A stretch of DNA of 64,000 bases, taken from contig JBBTCT010000018.1 in the NCBI GenBank assembly GCA_038060895.1, positions 1 to 64,000 of the forward strand. Direction: 5' to 3'. The first letter of the stretch is position 1, and each line of letters opens with the position of its first letter. A model generated the notes under the pieces. The model saw nothing but the letters and a program-made list of their open reading frames with translations. It was not told where the DNA came from and ran no database searches. A program made the position numbers and the translations under genes. Below, one piece after another: positions 1-8,238 of this stretch. Source of the stretch: Planctomycetota bacterium. Its GTDB lineage: Bacteria; Planctomycetota; MHYJ01; WSZJ01.

Positions 1-39
1 CCCCATGTGGGGCGCCGTTTCCATTTCAGGAGACCCCCC

Positions 40-804
40 ATGTCGCACACGAACATCGCCCGCCTCCTCGAGCGTTTCAACGACGCCGGGCTCGCTCTCA
101 CGGTCAACCGTGAGCAGCGCCGGGGCGTCCGCGGCGACGTGTTCTCGATGTCCGTCGAGCGCGCGGGGAAAGAAAACAAGGAGCGATTCGTCCTGTTCCC
201 GGGCGCGACGGAGCGCCTCGAGGTGCTGGACGTGTCGCCGGTCGTGAAGCAGGCCGTGCTGCTCGTGAAGGAGCCGGAGCGGTCGTTCACGCAGCGGGCC
301 TGGGACCGAAAGCTCGGGGACTACGTCGACCACGTGCAGGTCACGCCCGGCACGACGCGGCGCTACCTGGTCGGGATGGACGAGCGGTCGTACTTCATGG
401 CCGAGCTTCCTCGCCCCGTGACAACGGTGAAGGAAGCGCACCGGGCGCTGCGGCCCGGCGAGGTCGTGGATTGGGAGTCGCGTCGTGAGAACCGTGGCAA
501 GAAGGCGGTCCGGCAGGGCGAGTGGCTCTTCCTCCCCCTGCCTCCGTCCGAAGCCCGCGAGCTCGACAACCGGATCGCGCGCAAGCAGGCGCTGGTCCGG
601 CAGAAGGCGCGGATTCCCGGCCGGCCCGGAAAGCCGCACGTGGCGTTCCGGCTGGTGGTGGAAGCGCGGATGCAGGCGCCGGTGGTGTACGCGCAGGGGT
701 CTGTGAGGCACGCGGACCACGACATGCTGCACCTGAACGGATGGCACCGGGTTGTGGCCAACATGGAAGTGAGGCGTGCGCAGGTCGGGTCGTGGATTGA
801 CTGA
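40..804 (+). CDS. Conserved-looking hypothetical protein with His-rich C-terminal motif (RQGEW...H...HxxHxxL)
   Basis: ORF 7..804; AGGAG at 28-32 precedes in-frame ATG at 40; followed by a hairpin terminator. Confidence 0.7.
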   Translation: MSHTNIARLLERFNDAGLALTVNREQRRGVRGDVFSMSVERAGKENKERFVLFPGATERLEVLDVSPVVKQAVLLVKEPERSFTQRAWDRKLGDYVDHVQVTPGTTRRYLVGMDERSYFMAELPRPVTTVKEAHRALRPGEVVDWESRRENRGKKAVRQGEWLFLPLPPSEARELDNRIARKQALVRQKARIPGRPGKPHVAFRLVVEARMQAPVVYAQGSVRHADHDMLHLNGWHRVVANMEVRRAQVGSWID

Positions 805-811
805 AGAACGG

Positions 812-841
812 GGGCCGCGGTTCCGAGAGGGGCCGCGGCCC
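812..841 (+). terminator. GC-rich hairpin after hypothetical gene
   Basis: GGGCCGCGGTTCC-GAGA-GGGGCCGCGGCCC stem-loop just past the stop codon; short T tail. Confidence 0.6.
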
Positions 842-845
842 TTGA

Positions 846-985
846 AAAACGACCGGGGATTGGGAACGGCGGGCCGGGGATGGGGGGGGATTGGGATTGG
901 GATAGGGATGGGGATAGGGAAAGCGCGCATCGCGGGTGGCCCCATCCCAATCCCCATCCCGCATTTCCCAATCCCCTGCCGTTTT
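846..985. repeat. Palindromic element with GGGATN hexamer arms (family G, copy 1)
   Basis: Left arm GGGATT GGGATT GGGATA GGGATG GGGATA; right arm CCCATC CCAATC CCCATC...TTCCCAATCCCCTGCCGTTTT. Confidence 0.85.
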
Positions 986-1043
986 CCCTTCCGTTGTCCC
1001 CCGCCGTTGTCCCTTCTCCACCCCCTGCGTACACTCCCGGGCC

Positions 1044-1964
1044 ATGTTCCTCATCACCGGCGGCGGCGGTTTCATCGGCAATACTGTCGTCAGACGCCTC
1101 GTGGCGTCGGGCGACCCCGTGCGCGTCATCGACAACTTCTCGACCGGGTTCCGACGCAACCTGGACGGGCTGGAAGGCAAAGTCGAGATCGTCGGCGCCG
1201 ACATCTGTGACCCGGAAGCCGTGGCAATGGCGATGCGCGGCGTGAAAGCCGTCGTGCACCTCGCCGCGATCCCGTCCGTCGCCCGCTCCGTCGCAAACCC
1301 CGTCGAAACGTGGCGCGTCAACGTTGACGGGACTCTTCGGTTGCTCGAGGAGGCCCGCAGGACCGGAGTGAAGCGCTTCGTCTTCACCTGCTCGTCGTCC
1401 GTCTACGGCGACGCGCCCACGCTTCCCAAGCACGAGGACATGCCGTCGCGCCCGCTGTCGCCGTACGCGGCCTCCAAGGCGGCGGGGGAGTCTCTCGTTT
1501 CGTCCTACGCCGCCTCCTACGGCCTCTCCGCCTGCTCGCTCCGGCCCTTCAATGTCTATGGCCCCCGCCAGGACCCGAAGTCGGAGTACGCGGCGGCGAT
1601 CCCGCGCTTCATCCTCGCCGCCCTCGAGAATCGCCCCGCGACGGTCTACGGAGACGGCTCGCAGACGCGCGACTTCACGTACGTGGAGGATGCGGCGGAG
1701 GCCTTCGAGCGCGCGGCGAAGTCACAGGCCCAGGGTGTCTTCAACGTCGCTGCGGGCGGCCGCGTGAGCGTGAACGACCTGATCGGCCGCATCCGCGCGA
1801 TCTGCGGGGGCCCAGGCCCGAAGTTCGAGCCGAAGCGGGCAGGGGACGTGCTGCACTCGCAGGCGGACGTGTCCGCCGCCGAGAAGGAACTCGGGTTCAA
1901 GGCAAAGACCGCGCTGGAGGAAGGTCTGAAGCGGACCATCGAGTACTTCAGGGGGCTTCGATGA
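1044..1964 (+). CDS. NAD-dependent epimerase/dehydratase (extended SDR, UDP-glucose 4-epimerase-like)
   Basis: TGGGGFIG Rossmann motif, SSSVYG, YAASK catalytic motif, FNVYGPRQ; start moved to ATG 1044. Confidence 0.93.
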   Translation: MFLITGGGGFIGNTVVRRLVASGDPVRVIDNFSTGFRRNLDGLEGKVEIVGADICDPEAVAMAMRGVKAVVHLAAIPSVARSVANPVETWRVNVDGTLRLLEEARRTGVKRFVFTCSSSVYGDAPTLPKHEDMPSRPLSPYAASKAAGESLVSSYAASYGLSACSLRPFNVYGPRQDPKSEYAAAIPRFILAALENRPATVYGDGSQTRDFTYVEDAAEAFERAAKSQAQGVFNVAAGGRVSVNDLIGRIRAICGGPGPKFEPKRAGDVLHSQADVSAAEKELGFKAKTALEEGLKRTIEYFRGLR

Positions 1965-2176
1965 AAACGGGTCGCAACCTGACGTGGGAAAAGAAATTCG
2001 CGAAGGTCGGCGTGACGATCAAGTACCCGGCGCCGAAGACCCGGCCGCACGAATACGTGCTGAACCACGACTGCGGGAAGACGTGGATCGTGAAGTACCT
2101 CGCGCTGCCCCGCGAGGCGCGCACCGAGTACTGGCGCTGCCCGAACGGCTGTCACAAGGGCGTGACGCTCAAGTAG
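1961..2176 (+). CDS. Small hypothetical protein, possible Zn ribbon (HDCG...CPNGC)
   Basis: ATGA overlap with epimerase stop; native codon usage. Confidence 0.65.
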   Translation: MKTGRNLTWEKKFAKVGVTIKYPAPKTRPHEYVLNHDCGKTWIVKYLALPREARTEYWRCPNGCHKGVTLK

Positions 2177-2192
2177 GCCGTAGAATGGCCGG

Positions 2193-3221
2193 GTGCCGAA
2201 GAAGATCGTCGTCGACATGGCGGACATCCGCACCCAGACCTTCGAGGTCCACCACAAGGCCGTGGAGGACACGCGGCTGGACGTGTACATCCCGAAGCGG
2301 CTGCCCGGGTACTCGCGCACGCTGATCGCGAAGCTGATCAAGGACCAGCTGGTGCTCGTGAACGGAAAGAAGTCGAAAGCGTCGTACCAGATCCAGCAGG
2401 GAGACAAGATCGAGGTCCAGATCCCGCGCCTCATCGAGCCCCAGATGATCGCCGAAGACATCCCGCTGAGCGTCGTCTTCGAGGACGACCAGATCGTCGT
2501 CGTGAACAAGCCGCCGCATTTCGTCGTGCACCCCGCGGCGGGGCACTGGGACGGCACGCTCGCGAACGCCCTCCTCGCCCACGTCGGGCACACCCTGCCG
2601 AAGGCCTCCGACGGCGACATCTACCGCCCCGGCATCGTGCACCGCCTCGACCAGGACACGAGCGGCATCATCTGCTGCGCGAAAACCGCCAACGCGCACA
2701 CGTACCTGTCGCTTCAGTTCCAGGAACGCCTCCTCGAGAAGGAGTACCTCGCGATCGTGGAAGGCGAGCCCAGGCTGGACGGCGACTGGATCGACGCGCC
2801 GATCGGCCGGCACCCGAAGGATCGCGAGAAGATGGCGGTGCGAAAGGACGGAGACGCGAAACCGTCGCAGACGCGCTGGGAAGTCCTCGAGCGTTATCGC
2901 GGATTTTCGCTCGTCAAGTGTTACCCCAAAACGGGCCGCACGCACCAGATCCGCGTCCACCTCGCCTACATCGGCCATCCGATCGTTGCCGACGAAGCCT
3001 ACGGCCGCCGCGAAACCCTCTACGAGTGGCAACTGCGTTACGACACCAAGCCGGCGGACCACCCGATCGAGCAGCCGATCCTGGAGCGCCACGCCCTTCA
3101 CGCGTTCGCACTCCGCATCACGCACCCGAACGGCACGGACATGCGCTTTGAAGCGCCGATGACCGAAGACATGGCGCGAACCAGGGATGCGTTGAGAAAG
3201 TGGCGACCGGCGAACGGATGA
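2193..3221 (+). CDS. rluD: RluA-family (RluD-like) pseudouridine synthase with S4 domain
   Basis: RLDVYI S4 start, VVNKP, HRLDQDTSG catalytic motif, TGRTHQIRVHL, GHPIV, ALHA. Confidence 0.92.
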   Translation: MPKKIVVDMADIRTQTFEVHHKAVEDTRLDVYIPKRLPGYSRTLIAKLIKDQLVLVNGKKSKASYQIQQGDKIEVQIPRLIEPQMIAEDIPLSVVFEDDQIVVVNKPPHFVVHPAAGHWDGTLANALLAHVGHTLPKASDGDIYRPGIVHRLDQDTSGIICCAKTANAHTYLSLQFQERLLEKEYLAIVEGEPRLDGDWIDAPIGRHPKDREKMAVRKDGDAKPSQTRWEVLERYRGFSLVKCYPKTGRTHQIRVHLAYIGHPIVADEAYGRRETLYEWQLRYDTKPADHPIEQPILERHALHAFALRITHPNGTDMRFEAPMTEDMARTRDALRKWRPANG

Positions 3222-3393
3222 GGCTGGCAAGAGGCTGGCAGAGGCTAAAGGCCCTTGGGGCGCTGTGAGCGAGTAAACGCCGGTGGGACTACCGAAGATG
3301 GGGGCCAACCTCCCACCGCAGCACAGCACGCTGTTCCAACTCAGCCTCCGCCAGCGTCTGCCAGCCTTCGCCAGCCTCCGCCCGCCTGCCGTT
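3220..3393. repeat. Palindromic element with ~10-nt unit arms (GAGGCTGGCA / AGCCTCCGCC)
   Basis: Three units at 3220-3246 inverted against four units at 3343-3382, ending CCTGCCGTTT. Confidence 0.75.
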
Positions 3394-3454
3394 TCTCCTC
3401 GCATCGGCACGCCAGAATCGTTACACCACTACCTGCGGACGGTTCCGCCTAACC

Positions 3455-4180
3455 ATGACGCGCATCATCGACCTCAGTGCCGACGCCGGAGAGGGGCCCG
3501 ACGCCGAAGCTGATCTCCCCCTCTTGGAGGTTCTCACCTCCGTGAGCATCGCCTGCGGCACCCATGCCGGCGGACCGGCCACCATCGCGCGGCTGTCGAA
3601 AGCAGCGGCCGCGCGGGGAGTCGGGGTGGGGGCGCATCCCGGGCTGGTCTCCGGGAGGAAGTCCCGCACGATCGAACCCGGTGAAGCGGAAGACGCGCTG
3701 CTGGCCCAGGTCGCAGAGTTCCGCAGACACACCCTCGCGCCTCTTCAGCACGTCAAGCTCCACGGGGCGCTGTACCACGCGGCCCGCGACGCCCGGGTTG
3801 CCGGGGCGGTGATCGACGCGTTCAAGACGCTGGGCGTCCCGATTCTCGTCGCACAGGCCGGTTCGCCGCTGGAGCGGCTGGGGCGGGAAGCGGGAGTAAG
3901 GATCGCCTCGGAGGCGTTCCTGGACCGCGCCTACCAGCCCGACGGGACGCTGGTGCCGCGCGACAGCACGGGCGCGCTCCTCACCGGAGAACGTGCGGTC
4001 GCTTCGCGCGCCGTCCGATTCGCGCTCGAAAATCTCGTGGATGCAGGCGGCGACATCGCGGTCGTGGCGGACACGCTGTGCGTTCATTCGGATACGCCTG
4101 GCGCCGTGGGCCTGGCGCGGGCGGCGCGGGTGGCGCTGGAGCGTGCGGGCGTGGTCGTGCGTCCGATGGGGGCCGCATGA
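3455..4180 (+). CDS. pxpA: 5-oxoprolinase subunit A (LamB/YcsF family)
   Basis: IDLSADAGEG, IACGTHAGGP, GAHPG, HVKLHGALY, EAFLDRAY, TLCVHSD motifs. Confidence 0.88.
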   Translation: MTRIIDLSADAGEGPDAEADLPLLEVLTSVSIACGTHAGGPATIARLSKAAAARGVGVGAHPGLVSGRKSRTIEPGEAEDALLAQVAEFRRHTLAPLQHVKLHGALYHAARDARVAGAVIDAFKTLGVPILVAQAGSPLERLGREAGVRIASEAFLDRAYQPDGTLVPRDSTGALLTGERAVASRAVRFALENLVDAGGDIAVVADTLCVHSDTPGAVGLARAARVALERAGVVVRPMGAA

Positions 4181-5763
4181 AATTCATCGAAGAAGGCGAC
4201 AGCGGACTTCTCGTGCGCTGGACGGCGTCGTCCGACCCGACGGTGGCCTATCGCGCGACCGGGCTGAGGCGGCGGCTGGTGGATTCTGCGCCGAAGTGGC
4301 TGCGCGAAGCGGTGCCGGGGGCGTGTTCTCTCTGCATCGTGTTTGACCCGCTCATGGCGGACTTCGCCGAAGTTCAGGCGGCCGTGGTGGCGCTGGGGGA
4401 TTCCGCCGAAGAGCCTCCGGGCGCGAAGACGGTTGAGGTCCCGGTCGTCTACGGCGGTCCGGATGCGCCGGACATGCAGCGCGTCTGCGAGCACACGAAC
4501 CTGTCGCCGGAGGAAGTGATCCGCCGGCATTCGAGCGGGAAGTACCGGGTGGCGTTCATGGGCTTCTCGCCGGGATTCGCGTACATGGTGGGGCTGCCTC
4601 CCGAGCTCGTGACGCCGCGCCTGCGCTCCCCGCGTGTCCGCGTCCTCCCCGGCTCGGTCGGTTTCGCGGCAAGCCACACCGGCATCTACCCGACGGAAAC
4701 GTCCGGCGGCTGGAACATCATCGGCCGCACTACCGCGCGCATCGTGGACTGGCGCCGCCCGGAGCCGTTCCTCTACCAGCCCGGCGACCGCGTCATCTTC
4801 AAGCCCGTCGAGAAACACTCCTTCGAACTCGCGCAGCAGGAATCCACGACCTTCGAAAGCCCGCACCAGGCCGCCGAAATCCGCCACGCCGGCCTCCTCA
4901 CCACCGTCCAGGACCTCGGCCGCGGCGGCTTCGGGCACCAGGGCGTCCCCATCTCCGGCGCCATGGACCGCGTCGCCATCCGCCTCGCCAACCTCGCCGC
5001 CGGCAACCGCGAAACCGCCGCCGCCCTCGAATACACCTACCCCGCCCCGAAACTTCGCTTCACCAGCAAAGCCTCCTTCGCCCTCGGCGGCGCCGACTTC
5101 GGCGCCCTCCTCGCCGGCCGCCCCGTTCCCATGTACGAGCGCGTGGACGCCAAGCCCGGCGAAGAACTCGTCTTCGACCGCCGCCACCGCGGCCATTGGG
5201 GCTACCTCGCCCTCGCCGGCGGTATTTCGGCGAAGCGCTTCCTGGGAAGCGCCGCGACGGACACCCGCAGCGGCATCGGTCCGAACCTCAGCGCCGGCGC
5301 GCGGCTGACGCTCGAAGGAACGCCCGCACCCAACGGCCGCACCGTGCCGAAGGACCTGGCTCCGATGCCCGGCGAAGAGCCGAAGGTGCGCTTCATGCCG
5401 GGCGAGGAAACGGCCTCCGCGACGCTCGATGGCACGGCAATCATCCTGAGCGTCCTCCAGGACCGCGCCGGCTACCGCAGCGACGCGCCGGAGTTTCAGC
5501 CGGGTGATTCGTCCATGCTCTCGGAGGGCATTCCGCCGGGCACGATTCAGCTCCCCCCCGACGGCAAGCCGATCTTCCTGATGGCCGATCGCCCCACGAC
5601 CGGCGGCTACCAGAAGCTCGCGTTCTTCGCTTCCATCGACACGCGCATCATCGCGCAGTCACCGCCAGGCACGCACCTGAGGTTCCAGAAGGTCACCGCG
5701 GAAGAAGCGCGGCGGGCAGTGCGGGAAATGCGGGCGGCATTGACGGCGATTGAGGGGTTGTAA
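4177..5763 (+). CDS. Fused 5-oxoprolinase subunits B and C (KipI-KipA-like)
   Basis: N-half GFSPGFAYM/GIYP..TSGGWNIIG (PxpB); C-half TTVQDLGR.G, GTIQLPPDG, TTGGY (PxpC); ATGA overlap with pxpA. Confidence 0.88.
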   Translation: MKFIEEGDSGLLVRWTASSDPTVAYRATGLRRRLVDSAPKWLREAVPGACSLCIVFDPLMADFAEVQAAVVALGDSAEEPPGAKTVEVPVVYGGPDAPDMQRVCEHTNLSPEEVIRRHSSGKYRVAFMGFSPGFAYMVGLPPELVTPRLRSPRVRVLPGSVGFAASHTGIYPTETSGGWNIIGRTTARIVDWRRPEPFLYQPGDRVIFKPVEKHSFELAQQESTTFESPHQAAEIRHAGLLTTVQDLGRGGFGHQGVPISGAMDRVAIRLANLAAGNRETAAALEYTYPAPKLRFTSKASFALGGADFGALLAGRPVPMYERVDAKPGEELVFDRRHRGHWGYLALAGGISAKRFLGSAATDTRSGIGPNLSAGARLTLEGTPAPNGRTVPKDLAPMPGEEPKVRFMPGEETASATLDGTAIILSVLQDRAGYRSDAPEFQPGDSSMLSEGIPPGTIQLPPDGKPIFLMADRPTTGGYQKLAFFASIDTRIIAQSPPGTHLRFQKVTAEEARRAVREMRAALTAIEGL

Positions 5764-5933
5764 CGTCCCGGAAGTAGGGTCGGATTGGGGGGATTCTTTC
5801 TCACACTATTTCCAGCCCATTGGGTCGATCAGTTGTATTGAGGAGGACAGTCGATGGGAAAATGTGTTATGTCGCTGGGCAATATCCGTCATTTGAACTT
5901 TGGTTTCATATCTGCCGTTCGAATGGGAGGGCC

Positions 5934-6632
5934 TCACTTCGCTTCCGCACTCACCCACCCCTCCGCCTCCGGATTCACCATGCGGTGATCGGCCGGCCGG
6001 CCCCCCTGGTCGCGCTTCCAGACAATCCCTCGCTGATCGATGTAAAACGTAAGAAACCCGTCCTCTCCGTGCGTGCGGGGGTAAGCCGTGGCGGCGAACT
6101 GCGTGAGGGAGTCCACGCCGACGACGGTGCGGAAGAGATACCCGTCGCGTGGGATGGGCGGGGCGCCGGTGGCCTCGGCGCCGTCGGCACGCGCGACGTC
6201 GATGCCCATGGATTCCGGCCGGCCGTGGCGGGCCAGCTGGAATCGGTAGAGGCCGGCGATGTCCTCGGTCCAGTAGTCCTGCACCCCGTTGCCGTCCAGG
6301 TCGTCCTTCCTCAGGGACTCCTGCTGGGCCGCGATGCGCGCGAGGCCGTCGGGGGCGGAGGCTTCGCCTTGGGCGATGCGATCGCGGTAGAGGCGGCGGA
6401 GAAGCGGTTCGGGGCGGGCGAGGTAGATCGCCGCCGCGATTCCTTCCAGGATGAACCAGAGAATTCCGAGTCCGATCCCGATGCGGGCGAGCCGCGCGCC
6501 GCGTCTGGCGCCTCCGGACTCGCGGATCTCCGCGAGCGCGGCCAGGCCGAGGAGCGAAGGGAAGAGCGGGGCGCCGAGTGCGCCGAAGGCGGCCGCGGCG
6601 ATGGCGAGAGGGGAGATTCGGGGAGAGGGCAC
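5934..6632 (-). CDS. Membrane-anchored protein, DUF4190-like N-terminus plus DUF2950-like domain
   Basis: Two N-terminal hydrophobic helices around 'AEIRESGG..RGARLA', DLDGNGVQDYW, FAATAYP..G..G..TFYI. Confidence 0.6.
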   Translation of the reverse strand: MPSPRISPLAIAAAAFGALGAPLFPSLLGLAALAEIRESGGARRGARLARIGIGLGILWFILEGIAAAIYLARPEPLLRRLYRDRIAQGEASAPDGLARIAAQQESLRKDDLDGNGVQDYWTEDIAGLYRFQLARHGRPESMGIDVARADGAEATGAPPIPRDGYLFRTVVGVDSLTQFAATAYPRTHGEDGFLTFYIDQRGIVWKRDQGGRPADHRMVNPEAEGWVSAEAK

Positions 6633-6686
6633 GGGGGAATGTTACGACGGTTCGAGGGCGGGCATCTGCGCGTGTCTGCGAAATTC

Positions 6687-8021
6687 TTAAGTTGTCTGGG
6701 CGGCGTCCACGCTCTCTTCAAGCACATCGAAGATCCGGTTCAGCGTTCGCTCCTCCATTGCCAGCGCCGGCATGACGACGATCGCGTCGCCGAGGGGGCG
6801 CAGCACGAGCCCGCGCTTGCGGCACTCGAGAATCACCCGGTGGCCCATGCGTTTTTCCGCGGGATACGGCCGCCCGGGGGCCGCTTCCAGCTCGACCGCT
6901 CCCATGAGCCCGCGCGAACGGGCGTCGGCGACGTGTTTGCGGCCCCGGAATCCCCCCAGGCGCTCTTCGAAAACCGCGACTTTCGCGGGGAGGCGTTCGA
7001 GGGTGCGCTCCTTTCTGAAGACCTCGAGGGAAGCGTTGGCGGCGGCGCAGGCGAGGGGATTGCCGGCGAAGGTGTGGCCGTGGAAGAATTGTTTCATTTT
7101 GTGCCAGGGCGCCAGGAACGACTCGTAGATGGCGTCCGTTGCGAGCGTGGCGCTGAGCGGCAGGTAGCCCGCGGTGATCCCTTTGCCGAGCGCGAGCAGG
7201 TCGGGCGTGACGCCGTCGTGCTCGCACGCGAACATTTTCCCCGTGCGGCCGAACCCAACCGCGACTTCGTCCGCGATGAGGAGCGTCCCCGCTTCGGAAC
7301 AGAGGTCGCGCACCGCGCGCACGAAACCGGGGGGCTGCGGCAGGATGCCGGCGGCGCCCTGCACGACGGGTTCGAGGACGACCGCCGCCACGGCACGCTT
7401 CCTCCGGTGAAGCACCGATTTCAGCGCGGCCAGCGAGCGACGCGCGGCGCCGACCGAGTCGCGCGGCGCGTAGGGGCACGGGACCTGGACGGTGGGGAAG
7501 AGGAGCGGCTTGAACAGGCCGTGGAAGAGCGAGATCGCCCCGGCGCTGACCGCGCCCAGCGTGTCGCCGTGGTAGGCGCCCCCGAACGTGACGAAGGTGT
7601 CGCGCGCCGGACCGCCGCGCTGGCGCCAGTGCTGGAATGCCATCTTCAGCGCGACTTCCAGGGCTTCGCTCCCGGAATCCGAAAAGAAAACATGGTTCAG
7701 TCCGTGGGGGGCGATGGCCGCGAGACGCTCCGCGAGTTCGATCGCCCCGGGATGGCAGAGGCCGAGAAGCGTCGTGTGCGCGGCCTTTGCGAGCTGGCGC
7801 TTCAGTGCCGCGTCGATCGCAGGATGCCTGTGTCCGTGGACGTTGCACCAGAGGCTGGCGTTGCCGTCGATGAAGCGGCGGCCGTCGGCGTCGACGAGGG
7901 TCGTGCCGCGAGCCTTGACGATGACGGGAAAGTCCTCGGCGTCCCATGACTGCATCTGCGTGAACGGCTGCCAGAGGCTTGCGCGGGCGCGGCGGCGGAG
8001 GGAGGGGGAGCGGGGCGGCAT
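6687..8021 (-). CDS. bioA: Adenosylmethionine-8-amino-7-oxononanoate aminotransferase
   Basis: LWQPFTQM, LWCNVHGH, DSGSEALEVALKMA, YHGDTLG, DEVAVGFGRTG, GKGITAGYLP, FFHGHTF. Confidence 0.95.
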   Translation of the reverse strand: MPPRSPSLRRRARASLWQPFTQMQSWDAEDFPVIVKARGTTLVDADGRRFIDGNASLWCNVHGHRHPAIDAALKRQLAKAAHTTLLGLCHPGAIELAERLAAIAPHGLNHVFFSDSGSEALEVALKMAFQHWRQRGGPARDTFVTFGGAYHGDTLGAVSAGAISLFHGLFKPLLFPTVQVPCPYAPRDSVGAARRSLAALKSVLHRRKRAVAAVVLEPVVQGAAGILPQPPGFVRAVRDLCSEAGTLLIADEVAVGFGRTGKMFACEHDGVTPDLLALGKGITAGYLPLSATLATDAIYESFLAPWHKMKQFFHGHTFAGNPLACAAANASLEVFRKERTLERLPAKVAVFEERLGGFRGRKHVADARSRGLMGAVELEAAPGRPYPAEKRMGHRVILECRKRGLVLRPLGDAIVVMPALAMEERTLNRIFDVLEESVDAAQTT

Positions 8022-8071
8022 GGGCGGGGATGGTACGCGATGGCATCGCCGTCGGAAGGCGGGAAAAGGAG

Positions 8072-8125
8072 AACTACAATTCTCAAGTTCCAAGCAAACA
8101 AACAACTACAAGACGACAACTCCAA
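8072..8125 (+). repeat. Single 54-nt arm of the CAA-rich palindrome family (family A)
   Basis: AACTACAATTCTCAAGTTCCAAGCAAACAAACAACTACAAGACGACAACTCCAA aligns without gaps to both arms at 10874-11004. Confidence 0.8.
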
Positions 8126-8238
8126 GGACGTTCGAACGGGGGGGAACCGTCCTGTCGTTGGTCGCTTGCTGATCCCGGTGGCGCCGGCACGGAACCCCCT
8201 TTGTGATCGGCGCCGGTTCGCCTATTCTCGGCACTCCA

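Noticed and set aside
776-1245. ORFs with GIGIGMG/PIPIP repeats (also near 20258 and 29767)
   Set aside because: Translations of the GGGATN repeats, not real proteins.
4177-5763. PxpB-PxpC fusion as a novelty
   Set aside because: Such fusions are known in many bacteria.
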